Shown here: positions 9,590 to 20,257 of the stretch, in pieces | Layout of the letters: every line of letters starts with the position of its first letter | Position numbering within the stretch: the stretch's first letter is position 1 | Virus record (IMG/VR): IMGVR_UViG_3300035208_006730 | Origin: a virus | Lineage: Duplodnaviria > Caudoviricetes | Reading direction: 5' to 3' (one strand) | Length of the DNA stretch: 64,000 nt | Program-made: the position numbers and the translations under genes | Notes under the pieces: model-generated | Seen by the model: only the letters and a program-made list of their open reading frames with translations | Told to the model about the DNA's origin: nothing | Database searches by the model: none

Positions 9590-12500
9590 GACTCTCTCCT
9601 TGACGTAACTTGCTGTCAGGCCACACCATTTTTATAACACAATTACAGTTAGGATGGAACGGTGGGCATTCATCAAGATCGTAATGAGGTAGCGACTTAT
9701 CGCCATGTTTTGGAAACGGAAGACTAGAAAAAACTATTTCTTTTCTGTTATGCTCTAAACATATAGAGCAATGACTATCGTGAGATTGCTCTCTAATAGC
9801 AACATAAATTTTACTTGGTCTAACCTTTAATGGATTCGGATCTGGATCATTGGGATTATCAGGGTCTTCTTCTCTTTCTCTCCTTGGCTTTAAAGAATAA
9901 CAGCCATCCAAATTCCCAAGAATAAAAGAGCTTCTAAGTTCCGTTGTATCAATATAGTTTGCTCGATAGCGAAGCGAGTCAAAAACAGTTTTCGCAACAT
10001 TTGCTATTTCCCCTTGGCTGACTGAAAGGCTTTGTCCTTTAGTTATAAACACTTTTAATTGATGAAGAAGGTCTTCAGTTAGTCTATCAACTACACCTTC
10101 TACGTTTGGACGAAAAATTGTAGCTTTTCTAATTGAAGAGAATTCTGGAGCAAAGGATGTATCTCCAGATCTACGGCCGTCAAGATTCATGAATCCATTG
10201 ATATATTCAGAAATACACCTAGTGAGCAATTCTTCTTTTGTTGGATTGAGGATAGCGCGAATTTTCGCCTTTAACCAATCAGTGTCAGTCTGACCATTTT
10301 GAATAGCGGAAACTACCATGTCCTCAGCAGCATCAAATCTATTTCTCATTATTCCAGGGATAGGTCCAATACTATCTTTGAAGTCTTTAGCTGGAATTGA
10401 TTTACCTGATGTACCCTTAGGCTTTGATTGAATCTTGAGTTTTACCGCTTTTTCTTTAGCCGTACGTTCTTCTTGGGCTGCCTCTTCTTCGGCCTGTTTC
10501 TCAATCTCAAAGTCCTTCTCGCCAACCTCGAGAGAACGATTATCGGCTGCAGCTCGGGCAAATGCTGATGAAGCTCTCTTTGTTGCAGAGATAAGAGCCT
10601 TTGGCTCGTCAAAGAGTTTCCAGGCAGTATTGTAAAATTCGGGATACTTGTCCTCTAACCACTCATCAGAAGCCGCTTCTTCTCCAGTTGGAACCCTAAT
10701 CGGCTTGTACCCTAGTTTAGCTCTCAATTCTGACCAGGTAATCGCGTTTTTCAAAAAGATATCCACATAGTGATTATCTTGTCGAATTTGTGTATCAATA
10801 TCTATTTCGAAGAACTTAAATGAAACAATATTGTCAGAATCGAATATATTTATGTCATGGAAATCTGCTTCTAGGAGCAGCTCTCGAATTATCAAAGAAT
10901 TGAATAGTTCTTCAACTGCTAGCTGCATGTCTTTTACGCAATCAATTAAGTTCTGCGACATTGCTTGAGCAGTCGATCTATTACTTGTATTTCCCTGTAT
11001 TGTGACCTTGCCATTACGTCGGGTTACAAATAAATGGTTTGGAACATTATAACAGTAGATCGTTCCTTCATAATGCTCCTTAGAAACAAAAGACGAATTT
11101 AAAATTCTGGCGTGATATTTTTTACTTACTAGTCCTGAAATGAACACTCTGTTAATTATGCGGCCCCAACTTTTTTCATTTTGAACGGTCTCTTTTACTT
11201 TTGCAGACAAACCTAAAGAGAGAGCTAAGACTTGAACATCATTGGCTAATGAGACAGAAGTCGTATAATAAGTTTTATTTGTTGCTCCCTTTTTCTTGCT
11301 AATAGTTCCATCTCCCATAATTAAAGCGTTAAATAGAGCCAAACGTTGCTCAAAATTCCAAGACCAAATAATTTCTGGTAGAAATTTCTCTTTAGCTAAT
11401 CCGGGACACGAAATTTCTAAAAACTTATATAGGGCTTTTGAATAAATCTTTATTCCTGACTGATTTTGTCTTCCAATTCCATTACATTTTATTAACGAAA
11501 ATGACAAACCACATCTTTCAGCACATTGACAAATCTTATCTAAAATTTCTCCCTTATTTTGTGAAATTACTACTCGATAAACTCCTCTATCGCCATTACT
11601 TTTATCCAAACAACCTTCGGAAATATAATATCCAAGAAGTTCCGCGAAATCTACAAGCTTACATGAAATGTCTTTTGCTCTACCTGTAACCTTTGCATAT
11701 GACGGCAAAAAGATATCTTCTTCGTTTTTATTATCAATGGGAGCTGAATCCATCATATAATATTCATTAAATTTTTCATTAAAAAGTTCCCAAGCCTGAA
11801 CTTTTCTCCAATTCAAGTTATTTTTATTTCTTGGAGCTACCCACATCTCGTGGTGTGGAGTAACCTTTACGTCTATATGTTTGCCTTTCCAACAAATCAT
11901 ATCTCCAGAATAAAATCCTTCATATTTATAGTTAGCAAAATTAAATTCCATCTTAGACGTTTCGGGGTTAAATGTTGCGATTTTTTCGTTTAAGTGGTTT
12001 ATTTCCCAATGTTTTTTCCAACCATTTTCGGTTAGTGTCTCTGTTTCCGAATCGTAACAGTCGCCTTCTCCAAAGTCTATCGCGCTCATAGACAATCCAG
12101 CAAATAGACGCTTTTTAAAATGCTCGAGATAAGGTTGAGCTTGAAGAGCTTTTCCTTCTGCACCAAGAAGTTTAATCTCGTGATTTTCGGGAGTAACAAT
12201 TCCTCCCTCAGAAGGCATCCGAGAAATTCTTCTCTCAGCTATATCAACTTCGCTTTCTCCTCTTTCGGTAATCCCAGCTGGCTTATCTTTATTGCCGACT
12301 TGGTAATGAAATAGAGGGAAAAGGTGTTGATAGATTAAAAGCTCAATATTCTCTTCAATTCGACGAAGAGCTCTAATATCGTCAAGAACTGGAGTCCAGG
12401 TTGGAGTTCCAAAAATGAAACCATCTTTTCTATTGTAATGAAGATGAACTATGTCTTCTGGAGAGAAATCTTTTTTAAAATTTTCAGTTAAAAAGTGCTG

Positions 12501-13037
12501 CCAAATTGTAACTCTTTTACCTTTTTCATCCAGATCATACTTAATTGTCTCAGGAGGTATTGGAAAATAAGCAGCTACAGGTTCAAGTTGTTTTCCACTA
12601 GGAAGTCGTCTAACCTTACCGCCTGAAGCTTTGGTCACTCTTGTTTTAGCGAGAAAGGCATTAGACTTTCGAACTATCCCAGAAGCAATCGAACGAACCA
12701 AATTTCCGATAGAGGATTCTCCATCAGAAGCTATTTCCATTTGTTTGAAGCGGTTTTCTATATACTCTACTGTTTTAGGATTATTGCCCTTAAAGAAATA
12801 GCCGTTTTTTAAAAATAGTCCAACCTTCTTAATGAAGGATTGCATAAGATAGGACTCGGTGTCCTCCGCTCTTCCAGCCTCTCCAAGTTCGTATTCTGGT
12901 TCTCTGAGTACTCCACGTACACCTTGTGTATACAGGGCTGCATAAAAAGTAGAGGGATTTCTAAGTGGAGTCTTAATAAACTTCGGTTCAAAGGGAACCT
13001 TTTCTTGACCGGGAGAGATGCTTTTTGCGTCTGCCAC
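9561..13037 (-). CDS. Portal protein with an intein and a C-terminal MuF-like domain
   Basis: Portal motifs (DIVHLHY..GFIFGTP..PVLDDIRALRRIEENIELL); intein; C-terminal CSIC...CPPFHPNCNC. Confidence 0.85.
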   Translation of the reverse strand: MADAKSISPGQEKVPFEPKFIKTPLRNPSTFYAALYTQGVRGVLREPEYELGEAGRAEDTESYLMQSFIKKVGLFLKNGYFFKGNNPKTVEYIENRFKQMEIASDGESSIGNLVRSIASGIVRKSNAFLAKTRVTKASGGKVRRLPSGKQLEPVAAYFPIPPETIKYDLDEKGKRVTIWQHFLTENFKKDFSPEDIVHLHYNRKDGFIFGTPTWTPVLDDIRALRRIEENIELLIYQHLFPLFHYQVGNKDKPAGITERGESEVDIAERRISRMPSEGGIVTPENHEIKLLGAEGKALQAQPYLEHFKKRLFAGLSMSAIDFGEGDCYDSETETLTENGWKKHWEINHLNEKIATFNPETSKMEFNFANYKYEGFYSGDMICWKGKHIDVKVTPHHEMWVAPRNKNNLNWRKVQAWELFNEKFNEYYMMDSAPIDNKNEEDIFLPSYAKVTGRAKDISCKLVDFAELLGYYISEGCLDKSNGDRGVYRVVISQNKGEILDKICQCAERCGLSFSLIKCNGIGRQNQSGIKIYSKALYKFLEISCPGLAKEKFLPEIIWSWNFEQRLALFNALIMGDGTISKKKGATNKTYYTTSVSLANDVQVLALSLGLSAKVKETVQNEKSWGRIINRVFISGLVSKKYHARILNSSFVSKEHYEGTIYCYNVPNHLFVTRRNGKVTIQGNTSNRSTAQAMSQNLIDCVKDMQLAVEELFNSLIIRELLLEADFHDINIFDSDNIVSFKFFEIDIDTQIRQDNHYVDIFLKNAITWSELRAKLGYKPIRVPTGEEAASDEWLEDKYPEFYNTAWKLFDEPKALISATKRASSAFARAAADNRSLEVGEKDFEIEKQAEEEAAQEERTAKEKAVKLKIQSKPKGTSGKSIPAKDFKDSIGPIPGIMRNRFDAAEDMVVSAIQNGQTDTDWLKAKIRAILNPTKEELLTRCISEYINGFMNLDGRRSGDTSFAPEFSSIRKATIFRPNVEGVVDRLTEDLLHQLKVFITKGQSLSVSQGEIANVAKTVFDSLRYRANYIDTTELRSSFILGNLDGCYSLKPRREREEDPDNPNDPDPNPLKVRPSKIYVAIREQSHDSHCSICLEHNRKEIVFSSLPFPKHGDKSLPHYDLDECPPFHPNCNCVIKMVWPDSKLRQGESRGKEKFPKI
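10989..12059 (-). mobile_element. Intein (357 aa) with LAGLIDADG endonuclease, in portal
   Basis: GEGD|CYDSETE...VTPHH...LLGYYISEG...LIMGDG...YCYNVPNHLFVTRRNGKVTIQGN|T. Confidence 0.9.
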
Positions 13038-13046
13038 TTATATTTC

Positions 13047-14825
13047 CTATTCTCCAGAGATCCAGTCATTAATCTGTTCGATGCCTATTATACCTGTGTT
13101 ATTAAATTGACACCCAAATACAATTCTACTAGGAGTGACCAAAGTGTCAACTATTCCAGCTAAATATGGATCGATTACTGGGTCGCCAGTCGAAAGCGTT
13201 GTTGCTGAAGATGGTACTGCTGGCCGCTGACCTCCTGGAACTGTCTCGTAATTCAACGGAGGAGTAATTAGCGGTGCAAGTATATCTCGAATTGGATCTA
13301 TCTGTTCGTCTGGTTCGTCGATGTGAACTTCACCGTCTGGACCAGTCCATACTTTCCATCCCTTATCCTGAGCGTATTTGTTCGCCATATTGCTTTCTAC
13401 GATTCTTTTTAAATCTTCTTTATCGCAGTTTGGTGAACCTTTCATTGCGTTAATAATTGTAGCGATAGCGGCGATCAAACGGATAAGAGCTAGCTTCTGA
13501 GCTTGAGCTCGACCAGTACTCTTGGAGTATCCAACACAATATTCTTCAACTAGTTTCATGAACTCGCCTACAGCTGTATTGGCAAGTTGCTGGAATCTAG
13601 TGGCAGATTGCTGAAGAAAACTGGCTATGTCATTAGTGAAAGACTGCAGCATTCCTCCAAATCTTCGACCCCAATCAGCATTATCTTTCATTAACTTCGC
13701 TGACTTATCTACTCCAGCATTAAACGCTTTTCTTCCGCCACCAGTTTCATCTAAAGACTTTGTTTTCCATCCAGCATCTGTCGGATGAGATGGAGTAGAA
13801 GCATTGATCGAACCAAGATGATATTTATTGGTATCAAACGTCTTTAACTGTTCGTCTGTTGGAATCTCTCCATTCTTTTTGGGGTCTCGGTAGAACATCT
13901 GCATGGGCGCGGGGCCACGAAGTCTAAAGTCTGGGAGTTTAAATGATGACCAATCTAGCTTTCTTGAGAAATTGATTATTGCGTTGATGATGCATTGGAT
14001 TGGTTTCAATATCAGGTTCATAAACTGAATCAGAAGATTTACAAATTCCTGTAATATCGGCATTATCAAGGGGGCAACAAATGACAAAACTAGATCAATC
14101 AACATCCCATCAAGAACGATTGAAATGTCCTGTAGAAGAGCTGAAAGAGCAGCAAGCATTGTGAAAAGATCTGGAAAACATACCCAGTTCAACATAAATT
14201 CGATGAAAGCACATGGATCAATGTATTGCCCAATACCTTTGAGCATGTTTATCATTTCATTGATTTGAGCTATAGTTTCCCGCCAAAACTTTTCGAACGC
14301 TTCTCTAACGCTATCAAATGGATTGGTTAAAAGACCTTTTGCGTCTTTACCCCATCGAGCAAATTCTTCGCCGATACTACGAAAGTCACAAGGAATGCAA
14401 TCTTTAAACATCTTTCGACGGAAAGCTTCACCCATTTCTTTAGAAGAGGTGTTATCTTGAGAACCTGAGTCTGACTGTTGTTTGCTCTCGTCCTTTTCAA
14501 AAAGACTGCCAATTGCTCCTGGGATGGGGAGTAGCGCAGATGCGATTTTCATCGGAACTTTGAAAACATCGGCCGCGCCCGAGCGTCCTTCATCAATTAG
14601 GCTTTCTAACTCTTTACTCTGCTCCTTCAGGTCATTGGAAAAGGCTTGAAGACGTTTACCTGTAGCTAAATCGGTAAATCTTTTCGAAGCTTTGTACATA
14701 GAACCTGTATTCGCAAGTTGTGGAACAAACATTGCGTACACAGATCTCTCGTCTGTAGAGAATGCACAACCATGCTCAAAAGCTCGAATGATCGTAAAAC
14801 AGTCTGCAAAATCTGCGGTTGCCAT
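13047..14825 (-). CDS. Hypothetical virion-operon protein (592 aa, helical, hydrophobic central segment)
   Basis: Long ORF, translationally coupled to its neighbours. Confidence 0.7.
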   Translation of the reverse strand: MATADFADCFTIIRAFEHGCAFSTDERSVYAMFVPQLANTGSMYKASKRFTDLATGKRLQAFSNDLKEQSKELESLIDEGRSGAADVFKVPMKIASALLPIPGAIGSLFEKDESKQQSDSGSQDNTSSKEMGEAFRRKMFKDCIPCDFRSIGEEFARWGKDAKGLLTNPFDSVREAFEKFWRETIAQINEMINMLKGIGQYIDPCAFIEFMLNWVCFPDLFTMLAALSALLQDISIVLDGMLIDLVLSFVAPLIMPILQEFVNLLIQFMNLILKPIQCIINAIINFSRKLDWSSFKLPDFRLRGPAPMQMFYRDPKKNGEIPTDEQLKTFDTNKYHLGSINASTPSHPTDAGWKTKSLDETGGGRKAFNAGVDKSAKLMKDNADWGRRFGGMLQSFTNDIASFLQQSATRFQQLANTAVGEFMKLVEEYCVGYSKSTGRAQAQKLALIRLIAAIATIINAMKGSPNCDKEDLKRIVESNMANKYAQDKGWKVWTGPDGEVHIDEPDEQIDPIRDILAPLITPPLNYETVPGGQRPAVPSSATTLSTGDPVIDPYLAGIVDTLVTPSRIVFGCQFNNTGIIGIEQINDWISGE

Positions 14826-15547
14826 TAGGCGGCTCCCCCAAACTGTTCAGTCATATCTGAATTCAAATCAGTTAGTTGCTGTTTGGCTTGAGCACCACTG
14901 TTTGGAGTACAAATTTCTTCTGGAATCAGTTGATTTAGAGGAGGCGGAATAATACTCCGAATAACCTTTAGGAGAAACATTTTCCACAACATATTCATTA
15001 ACATACAAAGGAGCATATCCTGAAACTCTTCGATATCAATTGGCTCAATCACTTGGCCCTGTTTGGTTAACTCTGGTCTATTTAATCCAGCCTTAGCACT
15101 ATCTGAGAGCGCTTGAATCGGAATATCTTCTGGATTAGCTCTCATTCGCTGGATTTCGTCTTGATCTGGAATTAACGTTTCAGCAACATCATTGCCTCTT
15201 TGAGATAAACCTTCACGACATTCTTTGTATTGGCGATAGGTTATTCTTGGTTTATCGATCTTGAAGCGACGACGAAGAGCATCTATGACATGTTTGTCTC
15301 GAATTGGATCTAGGTCAATGTAAAAACTGTCACATTCTATGTCAACCTTAGCTTGAACTGCTTCAGCTAAGATACGTCCAGCTTGAGCTAGATTGTCTAT
15401 AATTTTAAATTTGTCGTCTTCTTTTTGGGGAGATAGTCTTTCAGGTAGCCCTTCAGGAGGTGGGCCGTCAAATTTTGGTTCTATGTATCTAATCTTAGGA
15501 CGATAATTTAATATACCCTGATCTTCTTTGTCTATCTTTTTTGTCAT
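14825..15547 (-). CDS. Hypothetical protein
   Basis: 240 aa; overlapping stop/start with neighbours. Confidence 0.7.
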   Translation of the reverse strand: MTKKIDKEDQGILNYRPKIRYIEPKFDGPPPEGLPERLSPQKEDDKFKIIDNLAQAGRILAEAVQAKVDIECDSFYIDLDPIRDKHVIDALRRRFKIDKPRITYRQYKECREGLSQRGNDVAETLIPDQDEIQRMRANPEDIPIQALSDSAKAGLNRPELTKQGQVIEPIDIEEFQDMLLCMLMNMLWKMFLLKVIRSIIPPPLNQLIPEEICTPNSGAQAKQQLTDLNSDMTEQFGGAA

Positions 15548-15993
15548 TAGACATCGCTTTCGGTCGCGGAAACCTTAAATCGTACGGTCTTTAGCCGTTG
15601 AACTGGGATAGATGCTGGAATTTCGATTCGAATCCAAACTGGTAACCAAGTATTGGTGTCAGTAAGATCTGAAAGATCTATTTCCCCTGGGGAACCTGGG
15701 ATAGCGTAGTTAATTGTTGACCATTCGTCTGATGTTGGTTGTGTATCGCCCGCGAAAAGTTTGAAAGAAAATCCATCATCTCCACCAACAAAATCGATCT
15801 CCAAAGTGTCAAATTGCTCGATTGACATAGATATATCTTCGTAAACGTGCAAACTGTCATCGTTTCTTACGAAAATTTTTACTTCATGGATACCACCAAT
15901 TCGGCCATCGAAGTTATGTAAAAATGCGTTAGTGAATGTACCAGAACTATATGGGGTACTGTCGCCCTGATTTTCGTAGAGCTGAATTGACAT
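15547..15993 (-). CDS. Hypothetical beta-rich (Ig-like) virion protein
   Basis: 148 aa with KIFVRND and PVWIRIEIP motifs; coupled to terL. Confidence 0.65.
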   Translation of the reverse strand: MSIQLYENQGDSTPYSSGTFTNAFLHNFDGRIGGIHEVKIFVRNDDSLHVYEDISMSIEQFDTLEIDFVGGDDGFSFKLFAGDTQPTSDEWSTINYAIPGSPGEIDLSDLTDTNTWLPVWIRIEIPASIPVQRLKTVRFKVSATESDV

Positions 15994-18900
15994 TAGATAT
16001 TACTCCTCTGCGGTCGATAGGTCCTGGACCTAATGATAGCATTGCCAGATTCCTTTGTCACTCCAAAGTATTTTCGCATGTTAACTACGCGACTATTTTC
16101 TGCAACGTGAGCAGCTGGAATGATGGTTTTGGGTCTAGTAAAAAGATCCGTTCTTTGTTCTGGCTTTTTGATTTCTTTAGATTTTTCTTCTGAAACAACA
16201 AATCCCATTTTCGCAAGAGGAACGTCATCTGTACGAACCTCGCTGCCAGCAGAAAGATTGATTCCTTTAGTAAATCTAACATCTGTGACTGGAACTGGCT
16301 TGCCAAGGCCACTAAACTCAAGAGCAAAAGCTACAAGCCCCAGCATTACCGCGTCTAACTCATGATCTCCACTCTCACCTGGCTTATAGACCGCTTTACC
16401 AGAAGGAGCCACATGATCAATGACATAGCCTTGCAATTGAGAACTAAGCTGTTCGTCTTCTTCTGGATAACGGAAAAGTCCATTCTCAATGTACCGAACA
16501 GCATTTTCGACCATAAAGTTCTTAGCTGGTTCTTTTTTCTTTTCTCGAGTGAAAAGATCTCTGATCTCAACTGTTGAGCCAGAGTCATAAAAGAATGTAC
16601 ATCGAAGGAATGCATCTGGATGATTCGGCCCGCGTTGTTCATCTGCAAGGGCATCGTATCCCCATTTATGTAACATCTCTTCTTGTGTTGCTCCAAATCC
16701 TTTATCTGCATAAATCGCTTTTGGCTTCCAGATTCGATTAAGCCGAGCAATCTCTTCGCACGCTTTGTGCTGAGTATATCCGACCTGCTGTACGCAACAA
16801 AAGTCTACAAGATAAATGTACTTATTAGATGGATTTTCTCCAAGAACTACAATATTTACACCATTCTTAATATCATTCCAGTCGCAACCAATAATATAAC
16901 GCCATCCAGTAGTTGGGACAAAATCTCCATATTTATAGTTACTTTTGGCGATAGAGATGTATTGATTTTGGAAAACCCCGCCCTCCATTTCCCCAAATTC
17001 CGAAAGAACTTCGTGTATATAGCCTATTCTGGTTAAACGTTTTTTATAGAACAAATCAAGTTTTTCATTCCACAGGGGATTTTCCGTAGATGGAAGATGG
17101 AACTCTTTAATTGTGTCGTCAAAACACATCTTGTAAAAACTCTCTCGTTTGCCCGTAGGAGTAGAGCTGGCCCAAGTTTGGGCATCTGGAGAGTTTGTAA
17201 TAATCGACATCGCAGCATCCATGTCGTCTTCATTCAGCATGTCTGATTCGTCAAAAACTAGAAGATTAGCGTGCTGACCACGGGCTGCTGCTGCACCATT
17301 ATTAGATTTGCTTCCCGCAGTGAATCCGATAACGCTCGACTTGTTTGCTAGTTCAAGTGTATATTGGGGAGCCTTCACTGAACGGACAATGGAGTTGCGA
17401 AGTTTTTCAGAGCTAAGGATTAAATCATTTAAACGTTTAAATACAAGATCAATTTGCGATTGAAATGGAGCAATAAGAACTATCGCAAAACCTTCATCCT
17501 CTGGACAGTCCGGTCTCATGAAAAGAAGATAAAGCATTGCGATTACAAGAGCTTCCGTATTATGTGTAATAATATTGTTTGCAATGAAATTATGCGTATC
17601 TGGAACAGTTAAATCCCATGTCATTTTATTACCAACATGGATAACAGATCTTACGCGAATAAAAGCTATGTCACCATCTTCATAAACTTCTGTTTTCGGA
17701 GAAGCCTTCATTTGAAGAGACATTCTATAAACAGCTTCTACTGCTTGATCTTTACCTAATATCCCAATTTTATTTCGAAAGTTTTTTATAGATTCCTTTC
17801 TAGAGATACAGATTTGACGCGCATATAGTTTGCCCTCTTTGCACTTTACTGTCTTGAATCTAACGTCAGCGTAAATGCAAAATCTAGCCAATAGGGCGAT
17901 TATTTGGCTAGCTAGCCTTTCTGAAACTGTACAGTAACCAATTTGAATTTGACCCCTTTTAGAAATAGAAGCCCAACCATCACACCCAAATAAACATCGT
18001 AATAATTCAATCGTATTTTCATCATCTAGGGTCATGAACTCATCGGGAATATACTTTTTATGCGAGTTAAGGCCATAAATACCTATTGTCTTTAACCATT
18101 CCTTAAGTGGATGTAATTTACCAACACCTTCTCCTAAAATATGGTAATCGCAATTAGTCTTATCTGATTCATATTGGTATAGTGTACAGTTATAGTTTTT
18201 TAATGCAGTCTCAAAACGAGAGAGTATTTGTTCATTCGTATTAGAAAATCTGCAATTATTGGAGGTTAGATTTCCATCCGCAATCATACATCCAAGAATT
18301 GTCATTTGGTAATTTGGAACATGTTTCGTTAAGCTCAGGTTTAAGTTCTTTGGGACAGCTACATAGCAGTCATTAGTTAAATCTTGAGCTTCTAACCACT
18401 TATCTTCTAAAATTACATGTCTTAATCCAGTAGTTGCTTTACCCTGTTTTTGTCTGACCAAAAATGGATGATGCTCAGTAGCCTCTATTTCCCTACCATC
18501 CATTAAAGTAATACGCATTACTGGTTTAATTCCATTACAAGCACGAAGAGCAGGGTTAACTACAGTAAAATAATTCCTATCTAGAGATACTACTAAATCT
18601 CCATCCTGAACTTCTTCTATTGGACGTTGACTACCATCTGCCATCTGAATCAACGTACCAGAGACTAAACATTTTCCAAGCTGTCTTCCTAGTCGGTATA
18701 CCTTTTGTTTGGCTGAGCAATTATGAACTACCAAACCATTAGCTATAAAATTATGTCGCGTATCTACTTCAATATCGTAAACAATTTCTTGGCCCGCATA
18801 TTCTATATTGACGATTTTGGTGCGTGTCAGACAAGAAAGACCGCCATGCCGACGCCAATGCGTACGCATCGCCAAATTATCAATTGCTTTTCTACTCTCT

Positions 18901-20255
18901 AATTCCTTCCCATACACTAGACCACAGAAATTAAAAAATTGTTCCTGATCGGCAATACGCTCTATTCTAAGAGAAACTCCCTTAGCATCAATATCTTTTT
19001 TATCTTTATAAATATGGCTCGCATATATCCCAATTTTTTTTAATAAATACCTAAATAAAAGTAAAAAATTTCTATTACCATTTGATAAATTCAAATGCGT
19101 AATTCCAAAGCCGCCCTCGGCCCCTTCGTAGGTATAAATACAACCATCGCCAGACCAACAGCGATTAATAAAAGCGCCCAAGGCAATAGCGGAAAAATGA
19201 AACGCATATTGTAAAATACTGATTTCTCGTGTTATCTTGTCATAACAACCAATCGATCTCAGAAAAACCAGTAAAGGTGAATCGCGATTAGAGAAAGCTA
19301 CACTCCAAAACCTATGATGAGTAACTCCATCTTTGCTGATACGCTCAGGATGAAATCTAATTTCACTGTCTTTAAGTCCAAAAACTTTATCCGCTAACAT
19401 AACAAATTCATCGACATATTCTTTGCGGATATTACTAAATTCAACTACGTGTTTTTCCCCAATTTTACCAGAGTTGCAAACATATCCGTCAGTTACGATA
19501 TAGCCTAAAAGTTTAGCTAAATCCTGATCATTATTGTCCCCAAAAATAGCGAACTGATTGAGCGTATAAACCTTATCGCCAATTGAAAGTCCATCTTCAA
19601 GCGTTTTATAAACTCGCTTAAAAGATTTACAATCGAACATCTCATTAAGAGCCCCATCTTTGTACCAACTCAGAATAGGATGATTTGCCGTTACTTTAAG
19701 TGTGTCGCCATTTTCTAATGTAACCCTCCAAAGGTCTCTCACTCCATTTTGAAATTTCCGCAATACGGCATAACTTCGTTGTGTTTGTTTTCTCCCCTCG
19801 TTATAAGTTACAACTTTATCTCCCACCTCTACATCACGAATCTTCTTGATCGTACCATCGGCCATAAAAATATCTGTATCGCCATGCAAACATCTCAACA
19901 GTGTAGCTTGATAGGGTCGATGATATCTTGAATGACCAAGAATACTTTCTCCTGGATGTCTTGCAATCCATTTTTGGTATTCTTTTGGATTTTTACGTTT
20001 CCAAACTTCACCGTCTGGATCTAGGCAATGCCAGTCCAAATAGTCTGCGGCCCAAATGACAGGGTCAAAGAAAGCTTCAATTTCTCTTTTAGTTAGTTCT
20101 GGATTATCTCTGATTAGTTCTGGCGTTGCATACTCTTTTGGAATACCGTCACATTCTATTTTAAATTGAAGTCTGCCGCTTGTGGCTCCAAATTTTTTCT
20201 TGTACGCCTTAACGCAAGATATACATTCGTGAGAACATTCGTTGAGATTCAGCAT
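15993..20255 (-). CDS. terL: Terminase large subunit with two inteins (about 658 aa after splicing)
   Basis: RPYQ adenine-binding motif, Walker A GRQLGK|T, Walker B LLVFDES, SSTPTG coupling motif, nuclease residues IGCDWN and DHELDA. Confidence 0.92.
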   Translation of the reverse strand: MLNLNECSHECISCVKAYKKKFGATSGRLQFKIECDGIPKEYATPELIRDNPELTKREIEAFFDPVIWAADYLDWHCLDPDGEVWKRKNPKEYQKWIARHPGESILGHSRYHRPYQATLLRCLHGDTDIFMADGTIKKIRDVEVGDKVVTYNEGRKQTQRSYAVLRKFQNGVRDLWRVTLENGDTLKVTANHPILSWYKDGALNEMFDCKSFKRVYKTLEDGLSIGDKVYTLNQFAIFGDNNDQDLAKLLGYIVTDGYVCNSGKIGEKHVVEFSNIRKEYVDEFVMLADKVFGLKDSEIRFHPERISKDGVTHHRFWSVAFSNRDSPLLVFLRSIGCYDKITREISILQYAFHFSAIALGAFINRCWSGDGCIYTYEGAEGGFGITHLNLSNGNRNFLLLFRYLLKKIGIYASHIYKDKKDIDAKGVSLRIERIADQEQFFNFCGLVYGKELESRKAIDNLAMRTHWRRHGGLSCLTRTKIVNIEYAGQEIVYDIEVDTRHNFIANGLVVHNCSAKQKVYRLGRQLGKCLVSGTLIQMADGSQRPIEEVQDGDLVVSLDRNYFTVVNPALRACNGIKPVMRITLMDGREIEATEHHPFLVRQKQGKATTGLRHVILEDKWLEAQDLTNDCYVAVPKNLNLSLTKHVPNYQMTILGCMIADGNLTSNNCRFSNTNEQILSRFETALKNYNCTLYQYESDKTNCDYHILGEGVGKLHPLKEWLKTIGIYGLNSHKKYIPDEFMTLDDENTIELLRCLFGCDGWASISKRGQIQIGYCTVSERLASQIIALLARFCIYADVRFKTVKCKEGKLYARQICISRKESIKNFRNKIGILGKDQAVEAVYRMSLQMKASPKTEVYEDGDIAFIRVRSVIHVGNKMTWDLTVPDTHNFIANNIITHNTEALVIAMLYLLFMRPDCPEDEGFAIVLIAPFQSQIDLVFKRLNDLILSSEKLRNSIVRSVKAPQYTLELANKSSVIGFTAGSKSNNGAAAARGQHANLLVFDESDMLNEDDMDAAMSIITNSPDAQTWASSTPTGKRESFYKMCFDDTIKEFHLPSTENPLWNEKLDLFYKKRLTRIGYIHEVLSEFGEMEGGVFQNQYISIAKSNYKYGDFVPTTGWRYIIGCDWNDIKNGVNIVVLGENPSNKYIYLVDFCCVQQVGYTQHKACEEIARLNRIWKPKAIYADKGFGATQEEMLHKWGYDALADEQRGPNHPDAFLRCTFFYDSGSTVEIRDLFTREKKKEPAKNFMVENAVRYIENGLFRYPEEDEQLSSQLQGYVIDHVAPSGKAVYKPGESGDHELDAVMLGLVAFALEFSGLGKPVPVTDVRFTKGINLSAGSEVRTDDVPLAKMGFVVSEEKSKEIKKPEQRTDLFTRPKTIIPAAHVAENSRVVNMRKYFGVTKESGNAIIRSRTYRPQRSNI
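17559..18671 (-). mobile_element. TerL intein 2 (371 aa, LAGLIDADG), inside Walker A
   Basis: GK|CLVSGT...ATEHHP...LGCMIADG...LFGCDG...THNFIANNIITHN|T. Confidence 0.92.
18720..19892 (-). mobile_element. TerL intein 1 (391 aa, LAGLIDADG)
   Basis: LLR|CLHGDT...VTANHP...LLGYIVTDG...WSGDG...YDIEV..RHNFIANGLVVHN|C. Confidence 0.92.
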
Positions 20256-20257
20256 CT

